This document shows positions 9,632-20,356 of a stretch of 64,000 nt of DNA, one piece after another (within the stretch, counting starts at the first letter, position 1; each line of letters opens with the position of its first letter). Source of the stretch: an uncultured Chloroflexia bacterium (GTDB taxonomy: Bacteria > Chloroflexota > Chloroflexia > QHBQ01 > JADMIH01); the NCBI GenBank assembly GCA_963797095.1, contig CAWCNY010000004.1, positions 224,001 through 288,000 on the forward strand, in the 5' to 3' direction. Position numbers and translations under genes: made by a program. Under the pieces are notes generated by a model. The model was given only the letters and a program-made list of their open reading frames with translations. It had not been told where the DNA came from and did no database searches.

Positions 9632-11170
9632 CTAGTATTCAGGTCTGATACTGCTCATGCGGCGAGAAGCGATAAGTGCGAGGGCGCTCACGGCGACTGC
9701 AATCACGAAAACTATTTCAAAGCCGAGCAAATCTATGAGAACGCCGCCGAGCACGGGGACAAAGATGACGATGCCGAGGATTGTATTGAGAAAGCCGACA
9801 TAGGTGGCGCGTTCGGCGGGAGGTGCGATTGTGAGCAGCATGTTGTTATTGACGATACGCGAGGCACCGAGGGCCAGGCCTGAGAAGATGAAGAGGATCG
9901 TAAAGGCCGAGAAGAGAAAGGTATTGTCTAGTACGCCTACAAAAAGAGAGAGGACGGTGGCGCTGAGAGGCACCAGAGCCACTGAAATGACCGTGAGGGT
10001 CATGAGCGTGCGGTTGCTGGCGCGGTCGGCGAGCGGGCTCCAGAAGAAGTTGGAGAGGAGCGACGAGATCGAGAGCGCGCCCAGATAGAGACCGACGGTG
10101 GCGGGAGGCGCGAATAATCGCTGCTCGGCGTAGACGACGTAAAAAGGGTCGGCGATGGCAGCTAAAGAGACGAGAACACGAGCGATCATAAACGAGCGAT
10201 AATCGACATTGGCGCGGTAGGCACGGATGCCGCGCCCGAAAAGCGTTTTGATGCTGACGGCGGGGATTGTCTGGATGGCGGCAGGCTCGCGCATGGAAGA
10301 CCAGAAGTAGACGCCCAGGCCGGCGACGAGGGCTGTAATACCAAACAGGAGGGCAAAGTTGTGGGGGAAGGAAAGGCCGAGGAACTGCTCGGATAGGATA
10401 AGTCCGATGGGACCGGAGGCGAAGAGGGCAAGAACGCCGCCCCAGAAGCTACGCTGGCCGAAGAACGCGCCGCGCCTGCGGGGGGAGATGGTCTTGCCGA
10501 CTATCTCCAACCAGGGGATGCCGGTGATGCCACCCGCGAAGGCGTAGATTGAAAAGGCGATGAAGAAGACGAGGAGTAATAGCACGGGCATGTTGGAGAG
10601 GAAGACAGTAGCGACCGCGAGCGCAATGAATGCGAGCACGCGGATAACGCCAGCGCGCCTGTACCAATGCATAACGCGAGGCATCCCCTGGACGATTCCG
10701 GCGGTCAGAATCTGTGGGAGAAACCACCCGCCAGCTAGGAGGGCAGGAAGGAGACCTACCAGCATATTGGGCGCACCCAACCGGCTGATGAAGAGAGCTA
10801 ACACAAGTGTAGGCGAGATGAGGGCATCAACCAGGGTGAACATGATGCCGTTGAGGACTCCGCGCCTGAAATTATAGGTGGCGTTGAAGGCAGCCTCAGG
10901 TGTAAGACCTTCGCGATAGCGAGTGGCGGCTTGGGGGTTGCGTATCGCCTTTCGGATGGTTGAGGGGAGGCCGGAGAGGTCGGGGAGTTGCGGGAGATGC
11001 TGGCGCATATCTCGACCGACGCGTTGTGCCCGCACGATGCCACGGCGAACCGGGATCGGGAGCGTGCGGGAGCGAGCGGAGGCGGTAGAGCGTTCGCGAC
11101 GCCCGGACGGTGCAGATTTGGCCGCAGCCCGGCGCACAGGGCGTGACTGATTGTTGTCGTCCAACGCCAT
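9632..11170 (-). CDS. MFS transporter with a long basic N-terminal extension
   Basis: About 12 TM helices; RRRGAFFG, WSPLADRASNR and AP..ERATY.G MFS-type motifs. Confidence 0.85.
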   Translation of the reverse strand: MALDDNNQSRPVRRAAAKSAPSGRRERSTASARSRTLPIPVRRGIVRAQRVGRDMRQHLPQLPDLSGLPSTIRKAIRNPQAATRYREGLTPEAAFNATYNFRRGVLNGIMFTLVDALISPTLVLALFISRLGAPNMLVGLLPALLAGGWFLPQILTAGIVQGMPRVMHWYRRAGVIRVLAFIALAVATVFLSNMPVLLLLVFFIAFSIYAFAGGITGIPWLEIVGKTISPRRRGAFFGQRSFWGGVLALFASGPIGLILSEQFLGLSFPHNFALLFGITALVAGLGVYFWSSMREPAAIQTIPAVSIKTLFGRGIRAYRANVDYRSFMIARVLVSLAAIADPFYVVYAEQRLFAPPATVGLYLGALSISSLLSNFFWSPLADRASNRTLMTLTVISVALVPLSATVLSLFVGVLDNTFLFSAFTILFIFSGLALGASRIVNNNMLLTIAPPAERATYVGFLNTILGIVIFVPVLGGVLIDLLGFEIVFVIAVAVSALALIASRRMSSIRPEY

Positions 11171-11245
11171 CGTTCCTCTGAGCCTCGCGTGATTAGTGAC
11201 GCCGCCAAGGGACGGCGCAATTACCAGTCGTGTAATAGCGCGATT

Positions 11246-14200
11246 TTAGCCGTTTAGCGGCTGCATTTCGCCCCAGTTTTTGCCGTACTTCATTTCGATC
11301 TTTATAGGCACGGTCAATTCCATCGCACCTTCCATCGTGTCGCACACGAGGTCGCCCATGACCCGTAGCTCGGAAGAGGGAACCTCGAAGAGTAGCTCGT
11401 CGTGCACCTGCAAGAGCATTTTCGATGCGAGATTGCGCTGATGCATCCTGGCATCAAGCCTGTTCATGGCGATCTTGATGATATCGGCTGCGGTGCCCTG
11501 GACCGGGGCGTTGATCGCCATGCGTTCGGCCTGCTGGCGGATGCCGCCGTTGCGGGAGCGTAGTTCGGGCATATAGCGACGCCTGCCCAGGAGGGTGCTG
11601 ACATAGCCTCGCTCGCGACCTTCTTCGAGGGTGCGGTCCATGAAGGCACGGACGGCGGGGTAGCGCGACCAGTAAAGCTCGATGAACTTGGAGGCCTCGG
11701 CGGGGGAGAGACCGCTATCGCGGGCGAGACCGTAGCTGCCCATACCGTAGAGGACACCGAAGTTGATGGTCTTGGCGAGGCGGCGGGAGTCGGGGTCTAC
11801 CTGCTCAATAGGCACGCCCATCACCTCGGCGGCGGTGGCGGCATGGATATCGAGGCCCTGCTCGAAAGCCTCGATCAGGCGCTGCTCCTGGGCCATGTGA
11901 GCGAGCAGGCGCAACTCGATTTGCGAGTAGTCGGCGGCGAGGAGATAGCTTTCCTCGGTGAAAAGCTTATGAGGGCTGTTGTTGTCGGAGATAAATGCTT
12001 TGCGCACGTCGCGCCCGATCTCGGTTCTGATCGGGATGTTTTGGAGGTTGGGGTTGCTAGAGGAGAGGCGTCCGGTGGCGGCGACGGCCTGGTTGAAGTT
12101 GGTGTGAACACGGCCGGTGTCGCTCCTGACAAGGAGAGGAAGGGCGTCGATGTAGGTATTCTTGAGCTTGATAAGCTGGCGGTACTCTATGATGAGGTCA
12201 ACGACTGGGTGGAGGCCGCGTAGCTGGTCGAGCACCTCGCGGTCGGTTGAGTAGCCCTTCTGGGTGCGCTTGCGACCGGGAAGTTGAAGCTCTTCAAAGA
12301 GGACGCGGCCCAGTTGTTGAGTTGAGCCGATGTTGAAGGGATGCTTGGCTTCATTAAAAATATCCTGCTCCAACTCCTGGATTTTGCCGTGCATATCGGT
12401 CGACAGGCTCTGGAGCCAGGGCACGTCGATAGCGACGCCGACCAGCTCCATTGAGGTGAGAACGGGCACCAGGGGCATTTCGAGGTCAAGGAGAAGGGAT
12501 TCGAGGCCCTCACGCTGGAGCCAGGGGGCGTAGTAGTGGCGCAGACGCTCGGTGACGGCTACATCAGCTGCGGCGTAGTCGGCGGCAAGCTCGACGGGAA
12601 CGACAGCCATAGTGGTCTGGTTGCGGCCTTTGCCTATGAGGTCGGTGATAGGGGTCATCTGAACGCCGAGCTTGGTGAAACCGAGGTCTTTGAGGCCGAT
12701 GCTGGTTTCGCCCGCGAGATAAGCGGCAAGCATGGTGTCGTAGCCGAGGCCGGAGACGGGCATACCTGCACGGCGAAGGACCTTGATGTCGTACTTGGCG
12801 TTGTGAGCGTCCTTGATCACGCGCTTATCGGCCAGGAGAGGGCCCAGGATGGGGCGGACCTGATCGAGGGTCAACTGGTTGGTGGCGGGCTGCTCAAGGC
12901 CCGTTTCCTGGTCGGCAACCTGAGTATGCCCGACCGCTATGTAATAGGCTTCTTCAGGGATGCCATCGGGCACTGACGGCGCGATTGAGATGCCCACCAG
13001 ATCGGCGTCCATTTCGTCAGTGGAGGTGCTTTCGACGTCAATTACGAACCTGCCGTTGGCCTTGAGGAGGGCCACCAGCTTGTTCAATTGATTCTGGGTG
13101 CGCACAACGGTCACGCTGGCAGGCACGCCTGCGCGCACCCTGGCTTCACCTACGGGCGGCAGGGCAGGGCGGACCATGTCGGAACGCAAGCCGTCATCGG
13201 CGCGGAGAGAAGGCGGGGGAGTTGCCGGGGTGGGGGTTTCGTCGCCGAACATGCTCAGTTGGCGGGGCCTGCTACCGTCCGCCGGAGCAGGTGAAGGCGC
13301 GGCGGCTGCCGCACTGTCCGAGGTGGGTACTTCTGCTTGCTGCTCGCCTGATTGGGCCGCGATCACGGCCTCAAGCTGATCTACTTTGGGGAGGAGACTC
13401 CTGAATTCGAGGTCCTGGAGGAGGCGGAGAAGGAGCTGGCGGTTGAAGGGGCGGAGCTTGCTTGCTTCGAGGTCGAGATGGACATCGGCATCGCGCACAA
13501 TGGTTGTGAGGGTTTTGCTGCGGCGAGCCTGATCGGCGTGTTCCCGGAGGGTTTCGGCTTGCTTGGGCTTTAGCTCGTCAAGATGGTCGAGGATGGCTTC
13601 CAGGCTACCGTATTTCTGAAGGAGGGCGGAGGCGGTCTTTTCACCTATGCCTGGGACGTTGGGGATGTTGTCGGTCTTGTCACCGACCAGGGCTTTGTAG
13701 TCGGGGACGAGGTCGGGGCCGAAGCCGTAGCGCTCTTCTACGGCGGGTACATCGTAGATGCGGGCCTCGGAGAAGCGCTGAGCGTACCCGCCTGGCGCGA
13801 TCATGCGCACATGGTCGGAGATAAGCTGGTGCTGGTCGGTGTCGGCGGTGAGGATGTAGGTGTCGAGTCCCTCTTGCTCGGCCTGTTTGGAGAGAGTGCC
13901 GATAACATCGTCGGCTTCGTAGTTATCAAGCTCGGCAATTGGAATGCCCAGGACCTCAACAAGCTGGCGGACTCGACCGATCTGCTGGCGAAGGTCATCG
14001 GGCATAGCTGCCCGGTTGGCCTTGTAGTCGGTGGAGGCTTCGTGGCGGAACGTACGGCCCTTGTCGAAGGTGATGACCACATATTGAGGAGCCTGGTTGC
14101 GGATGGTGTCGAGCAGCATCTGGGCGAACCCGAAAACGGCATTGGTCGGCTCGCCGCGAGCGGTGCGAAGGTCGGGGGGGAGGGCATGATAAGCCCTGTA

Positions 14201-14308
14201 GACGAGTGCATGGCCGTCAACGAGCACAAGTTTAGGTGGGGTTGAGGTTGCGGTAGAAGCTGATGATCGGGTGTTTTCGGCGGCTCCGCCGGGTGCGGCA
14301 CTTGTCAC
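11246..14308 (-). CDS. polA: DNA polymerase I (5'-3' nuclease, 3'-5' exonuclease, polymerase)
   Basis: LVDGH..YRAYHA, EADDVIG, DVES/HNAKYD/YAAAD exo motifs, DYSQIELR, AKTINFGVLYG, LQVHDEL. Confidence 0.98.
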   Translation of the reverse strand: MTSAAPGGAAENTRSSASTATSTPPKLVLVDGHALVYRAYHALPPDLRTARGEPTNAVFGFAQMLLDTIRNQAPQYVVITFDKGRTFRHEASTDYKANRAAMPDDLRQQIGRVRQLVEVLGIPIAELDNYEADDVIGTLSKQAEQEGLDTYILTADTDQHQLISDHVRMIAPGGYAQRFSEARIYDVPAVEERYGFGPDLVPDYKALVGDKTDNIPNVPGIGEKTASALLQKYGSLEAILDHLDELKPKQAETLREHADQARRSKTLTTIVRDADVHLDLEASKLRPFNRQLLLRLLQDLEFRSLLPKVDQLEAVIAAQSGEQQAEVPTSDSAAAAAPSPAPADGSRPRQLSMFGDETPTPATPPPSLRADDGLRSDMVRPALPPVGEARVRAGVPASVTVVRTQNQLNKLVALLKANGRFVIDVESTSTDEMDADLVGISIAPSVPDGIPEEAYYIAVGHTQVADQETGLEQPATNQLTLDQVRPILGPLLADKRVIKDAHNAKYDIKVLRRAGMPVSGLGYDTMLAAYLAGETSIGLKDLGFTKLGVQMTPITDLIGKGRNQTTMAVVPVELAADYAAADVAVTERLRHYYAPWLQREGLESLLLDLEMPLVPVLTSMELVGVAIDVPWLQSLSTDMHGKIQELEQDIFNEAKHPFNIGSTQQLGRVLFEELQLPGRKRTQKGYSTDREVLDQLRGLHPVVDLIIEYRQLIKLKNTYIDALPLLVRSDTGRVHTNFNQAVAATGRLSSSNPNLQNIPIRTEIGRDVRKAFISDNNSPHKLFTEESYLLAADYSQIELRLLAHMAQEQRLIEAFEQGLDIHAATAAEVMGVPIEQVDPDSRRLAKTINFGVLYGMGSYGLARDSGLSPAEASKFIELYWSRYPAVRAFMDRTLEEGRERGYVSTLLGRRRYMPELRSRNGGIRQQAERMAINAPVQGTAADIIKIAMNRLDARMHQRNLASKMLLQVHDELLFEVPSSELRVMGDLVCDTMEGAMELTVPIKIEMKYGKNWGEMQPLNG

Positions 14309-14423
14309 TGGTAGCTCCTCTCAAGGCCGGTTGGATATCTCTTATCTGTTAATTATACTTTAGCGCGTCGCTTGATTCCACTTGGGCAACGCCGACGGAA
14401 TAATGCAAAGTCCAGTCGAATAT

Positions 14424-14475
14424 GCCCGGCGAATAAGTTCGCGGGCTACACAAGCAAAGTCCGCCTGCGCGGACT
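14424..14475 (-). repeat. REP-like pair of short palindromes
   Basis: Minus strand GTAG-CCCGCGAActtaTTCGCCGGGC plus AGTCCGC-N4-GCGGACT hairpin, in the style of GTAG-type REPs. Confidence 0.55.
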
Positions 14476-14555
14476 CACTACCGCGTAGTTGGGAGCATGT
14501 GGCCAGATCAGCTTCAATGAGTGGTCCAGTATGATCCGGGGGTGATTGCGAATCG

Positions 14556-14585
14556 TTGCACTCGTAGGTTGGTTGGTGATACAAT
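14556..14585 (+). promoter_or_regulatory. Putative sigma-70 promoter
   Basis: TTGCAC-18bp-TACAAT with extended TG. Confidence 0.5.
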
Positions 14586-14679
14586 ACTGTGACTGTAAGG
14601 TTCCTGGCCGCGCCCTGCCGTGCCCTGACTTGCCTCACCGGCATGCTGTTCATCTCCAACAAGGAATTCGGAGGTTGCC

Positions 14680-16626
14680 TTGCTTCGACAACTTACCGGC
14701 AGTACGCGACGAGTATTTTCCCGCTCTGCTCTGTGCTCGATATTGCCTTTTGCCGCCATATTGATAGTGGCTTTGTTTCTTGCCGCGTGCGACGCGGACG
14801 GCACGCCCACCCCGATGGGGCCGACGGCCACGCCTGTGCCGCCTACCGCAACGCCCATACCACCATCGTCCACGCCGACACCGCGCGCTATCGAGGGGAG
14901 CGTCACCGATAGCTACTCAGGGAAACCGATCGCCAACGCTGAGATCGTGGCGGGTGGGGTGCTTACTGAAACAGGCACCGATGGCATGTTCTACTACACG
15001 GACGTGCCCTTGAACGCGAAGATCGAGGCGAAGGCGGGTGGGTATGCGCCGGTTGAGCTAGAGACCGGGATAATGAACAGGCTGGACATCAAGCTTCGAC
15101 CAAGCACTATCAGCGGGCGGGTGGTTGATGCAACCACCGGGCAGCCTCTTGCCAACGTACTGGTGAAGCTGGTGCTGCCTACGCCCGCTGCGGCTGTGAC
15201 CGCCACGCAGCCTCTTACTCCAAGCGAGACACTGACGCCGACTGAGGAGCTAACACCAATGTCGCCTACTACGGATACGCAGGCGCCGGGCAGGGTGCTT
15301 GCCGCGCCCCCGGCGGCTGCGACGACAGAGACGGTGGGTGCCACATCTACATCGGTGAAGGTGATCCCGAGTCCAACAGGGCCGACCAACACGCCAACGG
15401 AGACAAAGACGCCGCTGCCGCCTACCGCCACACCTACACCGAAGCCTATCCCTCCCGCGGGAGATGGGTTCGTCGCGGTGTACACTGACGAGGGAGGCAA
15501 CTACTTCTTCCAGGATGTGCCTGAGGGGGCATCGTTGACCTTCAAGATGCCGGGGTACAAGCTTACCAAAGTCGATCAGATCAACTCGGCGACGAAGGAT
15601 ATGGCGCTTGAGGAGTTCAAAGTCAACGCGATCTATATGACGGCCAACTGGGTGGCATCGCCCGACCTGTTCGAGGACACGCTGGATTGGGTGAAGGACA
15701 GCAGGATCAACGCCGTTGTGATCAACGTTCAGAATGACGCATCCGAGTGGGTGTTTGACACCCAGAACGAGGATGTGCTGGCGGCCGGGAACACCGACGA
15801 GTTTCTGACCAATATGGCCGATGTGGTGAAAGACCTCAAGAGCAGGGGGTTGTACGTCATTGCTCGAATAGTTACGTTCCAGCAGAAGACTATGGCCGAG
15901 AACAAGCCGGAGTGGGCCGTGTTGAGCAGCGTGACGGGACAGCCGTGGAAGGGCGGCTACGCGGCACAGCAGAAATGGCTGGATGCTAGCAACCCGGAAG
16001 TTCAGGACCACCTGGTGGCGATGACGAAGGAGATATTGCAGCTTGGGTTTGACGAGATACAGTACGATTACGTGCGGTTCCCTTCGGACCCAGCGCCTAG
16101 CGAACCGGGCGATATGGTGTTCGCGGCGGGACCAATAACCGATACCGGGAAGACGGCGGCCCTCAAGACGTTCCTAAGCAAGGCGTACGCGGTCATTCAG
16201 CCGAGCGATGCTTTCATGGATATAGACGTGTTCGGGTACAGCCTGTGGCCCGACCGCGACGGCGCACCGATCCTGGGAGTAATAGGGCAGGTGATCCCGG
16301 AGCTTATCGATGATACCGACTACATCTCTCCCATGATTTACCCATCCCACTTCAGTGCCGGAGAGCAGGGGTGTGACCAACCGGCACAGTGCGCGTACCA
16401 GCTTGTGCATAAGTCGGGCGAGTATGCGCAGAGGTTGTTCGCGGGGAAACGCACGAAGTACCGGCCCTGGCTGGAGGATTTCGACTGGCCTGGGGCGGAC
16501 TATACGAGTCCTGGGACAACCAAGGTGACGGACCAGATCAAGGCTGCCGCCGAAACGGGAGCCTGGGGCTGGATGATGTGGGACGCGTCGATTACTTACG
16601 AGCCTAGAAGCGCGTTTAACAAGTAG
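14680..16626 (+). CDS. Lipoprotein: carboxypeptidase-regulatory-like repeats + putative glycoside hydrolase (DUF4015-like)
   Basis: Lipobox LAAC; G.V.D..G.P...A repeats; P/T linkers; INAVVI, YVIARIVTF, GFDEIQYDYVRFP, SPMIYPSH, RPWLEDF. Confidence 0.85.
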   Translation: MLRQLTGSTRRVFSRSALCSILPFAAILIVALFLAACDADGTPTPMGPTATPVPPTATPIPPSSTPTPRAIEGSVTDSYSGKPIANAEIVAGGVLTETGTDGMFYYTDVPLNAKIEAKAGGYAPVELETGIMNRLDIKLRPSTISGRVVDATTGQPLANVLVKLVLPTPAAAVTATQPLTPSETLTPTEELTPMSPTTDTQAPGRVLAAPPAAATTETVGATSTSVKVIPSPTGPTNTPTETKTPLPPTATPTPKPIPPAGDGFVAVYTDEGGNYFFQDVPEGASLTFKMPGYKLTKVDQINSATKDMALEEFKVNAIYMTANWVASPDLFEDTLDWVKDSRINAVVINVQNDASEWVFDTQNEDVLAAGNTDEFLTNMADVVKDLKSRGLYVIARIVTFQQKTMAENKPEWAVLSSVTGQPWKGGYAAQQKWLDASNPEVQDHLVAMTKEILQLGFDEIQYDYVRFPSDPAPSEPGDMVFAAGPITDTGKTAALKTFLSKAYAVIQPSDAFMDIDVFGYSLWPDRDGAPILGVIGQVIPELIDDTDYISPMIYPSHFSAGEQGCDQPAQCAYQLVHKSGEYAQRLFAGKRTKYRPWLEDFDWPGADYTSPGTTKVTDQIKAAAETGAWGWMMWDASITYEPRSAFNK

Positions 16627-16631
16627 CGATG

Positions 16632-16675
16632 AGAAACACGCCACGAGATGATGTGCCCTCGTGGCGTGTTTCTTT
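16632..16675 (+). terminator. Intrinsic terminator
   Basis: 16-bp stem AGAAACACGCCACGAG/CTCGTGGCGTGTTTCT followed by Ts. Confidence 0.75.
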
Positions 16676-16702
16676 AATTAGCGATCTGTCATAAGTCCAA
16701 TA

Positions 16703-18307
16703 ATGAGTCGACGCAGGCGCTCCAGCTACAGCGGCTATTATTCGAGCTTTTCGAACCGCGACAAGGGGCGAAAGGTTCCATCGCCCCTGCCTTATTTGAT
16801 TATCGCGCTGCTGGCAGGCGCTGGGCTAGTGTATTTCCATGTGTTCGCGTTCAAGAGCCTTTCGGGGACGGTCAGCAACGCCTACAACGATTCGCCTCTC
16901 GCGAATATACCTGTAGTGGTGGAGGGTGGTGCGACCGCGGAAGGTACCCCCGGAGGAACCCCTGCTGTAACGATCACGGCGACCACCGGATCTGCCGGCG
17001 AATTCACTTTTGAGAAGCTGCCCGATCTGCCGGTGGTATCGGTGGAGGCTGACGGTTTTACGCCCCAGACAATCGACGCATCGAACAAGAGCACGCTTGA
17101 CATTAAGCTGGTGCCGAATGTGTTGCGCGGGATCGTGGAGACGCCCGACGGCACGCCTGTGCCGGGAGCGAGCGTGATTTCAGGCCAGACACGCGTGCTG
17201 ACGGGAGCGGATGGTGGGTATGAGTTGCGCGGGCTTTCGGAGGACAGGAAGCTGGTGGTCAAAGCGCCAGGTTACCTGGCATCGTCGGTGGAGGTCGGGC
17301 AGGTTGTAACTCAAAATGTCAGTTTGCAACCGTTCATGGCGAAAGCGATCTATGTGAGTGCCGACTCGATTGCGACGCCGGGGAAGTTGCAAGCCCTGCT
17401 GGACCTTGTTGACCGGACAGAGTTGAACGCGCTGGTGATAGATGTGAAGGCCGACAACAGCGGCAATGTACTGTATGCGAGCAATATTGAACTGGTTCAG
17501 CAGCTAGGGACTTCGGATGTAATTATATCGGACCTGGATGCGCTGCTTGCGCAGTTGAAGAGCAGGGGGATTTATACGATTGCCAGGCTGTCGGTGTTCT
17601 GGGACCAGGCGTTGACGGCAGCGAAGCCTGAATGGGCACTGCAGAGCAAGAAAGCACCGGGACAGCCGTGGCTGGCGGGGAACGGAACGCGATGGGCGAA
17701 CCCGTATGACACAGAGGTGTGGGATTACAATATCGCTATCGCGAAAGAGGTCGCGCAGAAAGGGTTCGATGAAATTCAGTTCGACTTCGCTTATTTTCCC
17801 TCGGTGGGAGACCTTGATGACATCGATTACGGGCCGCAGGCAGTGGGGAAGAAGCGGGTTGATGCGATCAACGGGTTCCTGGAGAGGGCGTACAGCGAGC
17901 TGTCGCCGATGGGAACATATGTGGCGACCAATGTGCTGGCCTTTACTCCGTTCGTCAGCGATGATATGGGGATAGGGACGAACCTGGAGATGATGGCGGC
18001 GAATAATGATTACATATGCCCTTACCTGTACCCATCGGACTATCCTGACGGCTTTTCGGATTACACGCACCCGGCGGAGCACCCCAGCGAGATTGTGGCG
18101 GGCACCATGCGGCCGGCGGTTAGCAGGCTCAAGACGGCTGCGGCGAAGGTACGCCCGTGGTTGCAGGACTTTTCTTCGAACGATGTGGCATATGACGCGC
18201 CCAAGGTACGAGCCGAAATAGACGCTGCCGAGCAGAATGGGGCGGCGGGGTGGATGTTGTGGAACTTTGGCAACACATACACAGAGGGGGCGCTCAAGGG
18301 GCAGTGA
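16703..18307 (+). CDS. Membrane-anchored putative glycoside hydrolase (DUF4015-like), paralog of the upstream gene
   Basis: N-terminal TM; TELNALVIDVK, YTIARL, GFDEIQFD, RPWLQDF, GWMLWN. Confidence 0.85.
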   Translation: MSRRRRSSYSGYYSSFSNRDKGRKVPSPLPYLIIALLAGAGLVYFHVFAFKSLSGTVSNAYNDSPLANIPVVVEGGATAEGTPGGTPAVTITATTGSAGEFTFEKLPDLPVVSVEADGFTPQTIDASNKSTLDIKLVPNVLRGIVETPDGTPVPGASVISGQTRVLTGADGGYELRGLSEDRKLVVKAPGYLASSVEVGQVVTQNVSLQPFMAKAIYVSADSIATPGKLQALLDLVDRTELNALVIDVKADNSGNVLYASNIELVQQLGTSDVIISDLDALLAQLKSRGIYTIARLSVFWDQALTAAKPEWALQSKKAPGQPWLAGNGTRWANPYDTEVWDYNIAIAKEVAQKGFDEIQFDFAYFPSVGDLDDIDYGPQAVGKKRVDAINGFLERAYSELSPMGTYVATNVLAFTPFVSDDMGIGTNLEMMAANNDYICPYLYPSDYPDGFSDYTHPAEHPSEIVAGTMRPAVSRLKTAAAKVRPWLQDFSSNDVAYDAPKVRAEIDAAEQNGAAGWMLWNFGNTYTEGALKGQ

Positions 18308-18310
18308 TGC

Positions 18311-18339
18311 TTGACAGAGTCACGTGCCAATCCTATACT
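18311..18339 (+). promoter_or_regulatory. Sigma-70 promoter of lepA
   Basis: TTGACA-17bp-TATACT. Confidence 0.8.
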
Positions 18340-18414
18340 GAGTGGTAGTATCCCGAACAGTGATGCGCTCCGGAGAGCGCATTCTTTATGAGAAAGTCAC
18401 GAATTCGCACCTAA

Positions 18415-20226
18415 ATGCAACAAGAGTTCATCCGCAATTTCTGTATTATCGCCCATATTGACCACGGCAAGTCAACGCTGGCCGACCGGCTGCTGGAAGT
18501 GACGGGGACGGTCGCCAAGCGGAACATGATGGAGCAGTTGCTCGATTCGATGCCGCTTGAGCGTGAGAAAGGGATCACGATCAAGGCGCGGGCTGTGCGT
18601 ATGAGCTACGAGGCGAAGGACGGTAAGACCTACGAGCTTAACCTGATCGATACGCCAGGGCACGTCGACTTCACTTATGAAGTCAGCCGGTCGCTGGCGG
18701 CCTGTGAAGGGGCGCTGCTTGTGGTGGACGCCACACAGGGTATCGAGGCGCAGACGCTGGCGAATACCTACCTGGCGCTGGATGGCGACCTTGAGATCGT
18801 ACCCGTGGTGAACAAGATCGATTTGCAGGCTGCGCAGCCGGAGATGGTGGCCGAGGAGATCGAGAACGTGATTGGCCTTCCGGCGGATGCGGTGATTTTT
18901 GCATCGGCTAAGGAAGGCACAGGCGTTTCGGAAATATTGGAGTCGGTAGTCAAGCACGTCCCCGCGCCCAGCGGCCAGCCGGACCAGCCTTTGCGGGCGC
19001 TGGTGTTCGACAGTCACTACGATTCGTATAAGGGTGTGGTGGCGTATGTGAGGATAGTGGATGGGGAGGTGAAGACAGGGGAACCGCTGCTGGTGATGTC
19101 GACCAATGCCTCGACGGAAGCGCAGGAGATCGGGATCTTTTCGCCTGATTTGACGCCGATCAAGGAATTGAAGACGGGCGAAGTGGGGTACATCGCCACG
19201 GGACTCAAGATCGTGCGGGATTGCCAGGTGGGGGATACTATAACGCTTCTGAGGCGACCTGCGGCGGAGGCGCTACCAGGGTACAGGCCGGTGAAGCCGA
19301 TGGTGTTCGCGGGGGTGTTCCCGGTCGATAGCGACAACTACGAGGATTTGCGGCAGGCTTTGGAGCGACTGCACCTGAACGATGCATCGCTGGTGTACGA
19401 GCCTGAGACCAGTGTAGCGTTGGGGTTCGGGTTCAGGTGCGGATTCCTGGGGCTGCTTCACATGGAGATCATTCGAGAGCGGCTGGAGAGGGAGTACGGG
19501 TTGACATTGCTTATGACCGCGCCGAATGTGGAGTACAATATCATCAAGACCGACGGCACGCCCCTTATTGTGGATAACCCCGCGGATATGCCCCCACCCG
19601 GAAATATCCGGTCAATTGAAGAGCCATGGATGCGGATCAGCGTGGTAAGCCCTACACGCTATATCGGCCCGATCATGGAGCTTGTCACGAGCAGGCGCGG
19701 GGCGTACAAGAAGATGGACTACCTTGACGAAGAGCGGGTGGTGCTGGAATACGAGATACCGCTGGGAGAATTGATCGTGGACTTCTACGACCAATTGAAG
19801 TCTCGCACTCAGGGGTACGCTTCGCTTGATTACCAGTTGGCCGAGTATCGTGAGGCGGACCTGGTCAAGCTCGATATTCTGGTGAACGGGCAACCTGTGG
19901 ATGCGCTAAGTATCATTACGCACCGTGACAAGGCCCAATACCAGGGGAGACAGCTTGTAGACCGGCTCCGGCGGTTGATTCCCAGGCAGATGTTCGAGGT
20001 ACCGATCCAGGCGGCGGTAGGCAGCAAGGTAATAGCGCGCGAAACGATCGCGGCGATGAGGAAGAATGTGCTCGCCAAGTGCTACGGCGGCGACATCACG
20101 CGCAAGCGGAAACTGCTGGAAAAGCAGAAGGAAGGCAAGGCGCGGATGAAGATGGTGGGCAGCGTGGAGATACCGCAGGAGGCGTTTATGGCGGTGCTGT
20201 CGCTGGAGGAGCAGGGGAGTAAGTAG
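18415..20226 (+). CDS. lepA: Elongation factor 4 (LepA)
   Basis: [50 protein letters not shown]. Confidence 0.98.
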   Translation: MQQEFIRNFCIIAHIDHGKSTLADRLLEVTGTVAKRNMMEQLLDSMPLEREKGITIKARAVRMSYEAKDGKTYELNLIDTPGHVDFTYEVSRSLAACEGALLVVDATQGIEAQTLANTYLALDGDLEIVPVVNKIDLQAAQPEMVAEEIENVIGLPADAVIFASAKEGTGVSEILESVVKHVPAPSGQPDQPLRALVFDSHYDSYKGVVAYVRIVDGEVKTGEPLLVMSTNASTEAQEIGIFSPDLTPIKELKTGEVGYIATGLKIVRDCQVGDTITLLRRPAAEALPGYRPVKPMVFAGVFPVDSDNYEDLRQALERLHLNDASLVYEPETSVALGFGFRCGFLGLLHMEIIRERLEREYGLTLLMTAPNVEYNIIKTDGTPLIVDNPADMPPPGNIRSIEEPWMRISVVSPTRYIGPIMELVTSRRGAYKKMDYLDEERVVLEYEIPLGELIVDFYDQLKSRTQGYASLDYQLAEYREADLVKLDILVNGQPVDALSIITHRDKAQYQGRQLVDRLRRLIPRQMFEVPIQAAVGSKVIARETIAAMRKNVLAKCYGGDITRKRKLLEKQKEGKARMKMVGSVEIPQEAFMAVLSLEEQGSK

Positions 20227-20302
20227 TAGTCGGTAGTCGGAGGTTTCTAGCTCCAAGTTGCTAGTTCCTGGTTGTTGGTTGTTGGAGGTTGGTTGTTGTG
20301 GT
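20222..20302 (+). repeat. Degenerate G/T-rich heptamer repeats
   Basis: TAGTCGG x2 and TGGTTGT-like units directly after lepA. Confidence 0.55.
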
Positions 20303-20356
20303 AGTGCGTAGTTTTCGCGGGAATCACAGAGTTGTGACTATGATGGGCGATCGCAG

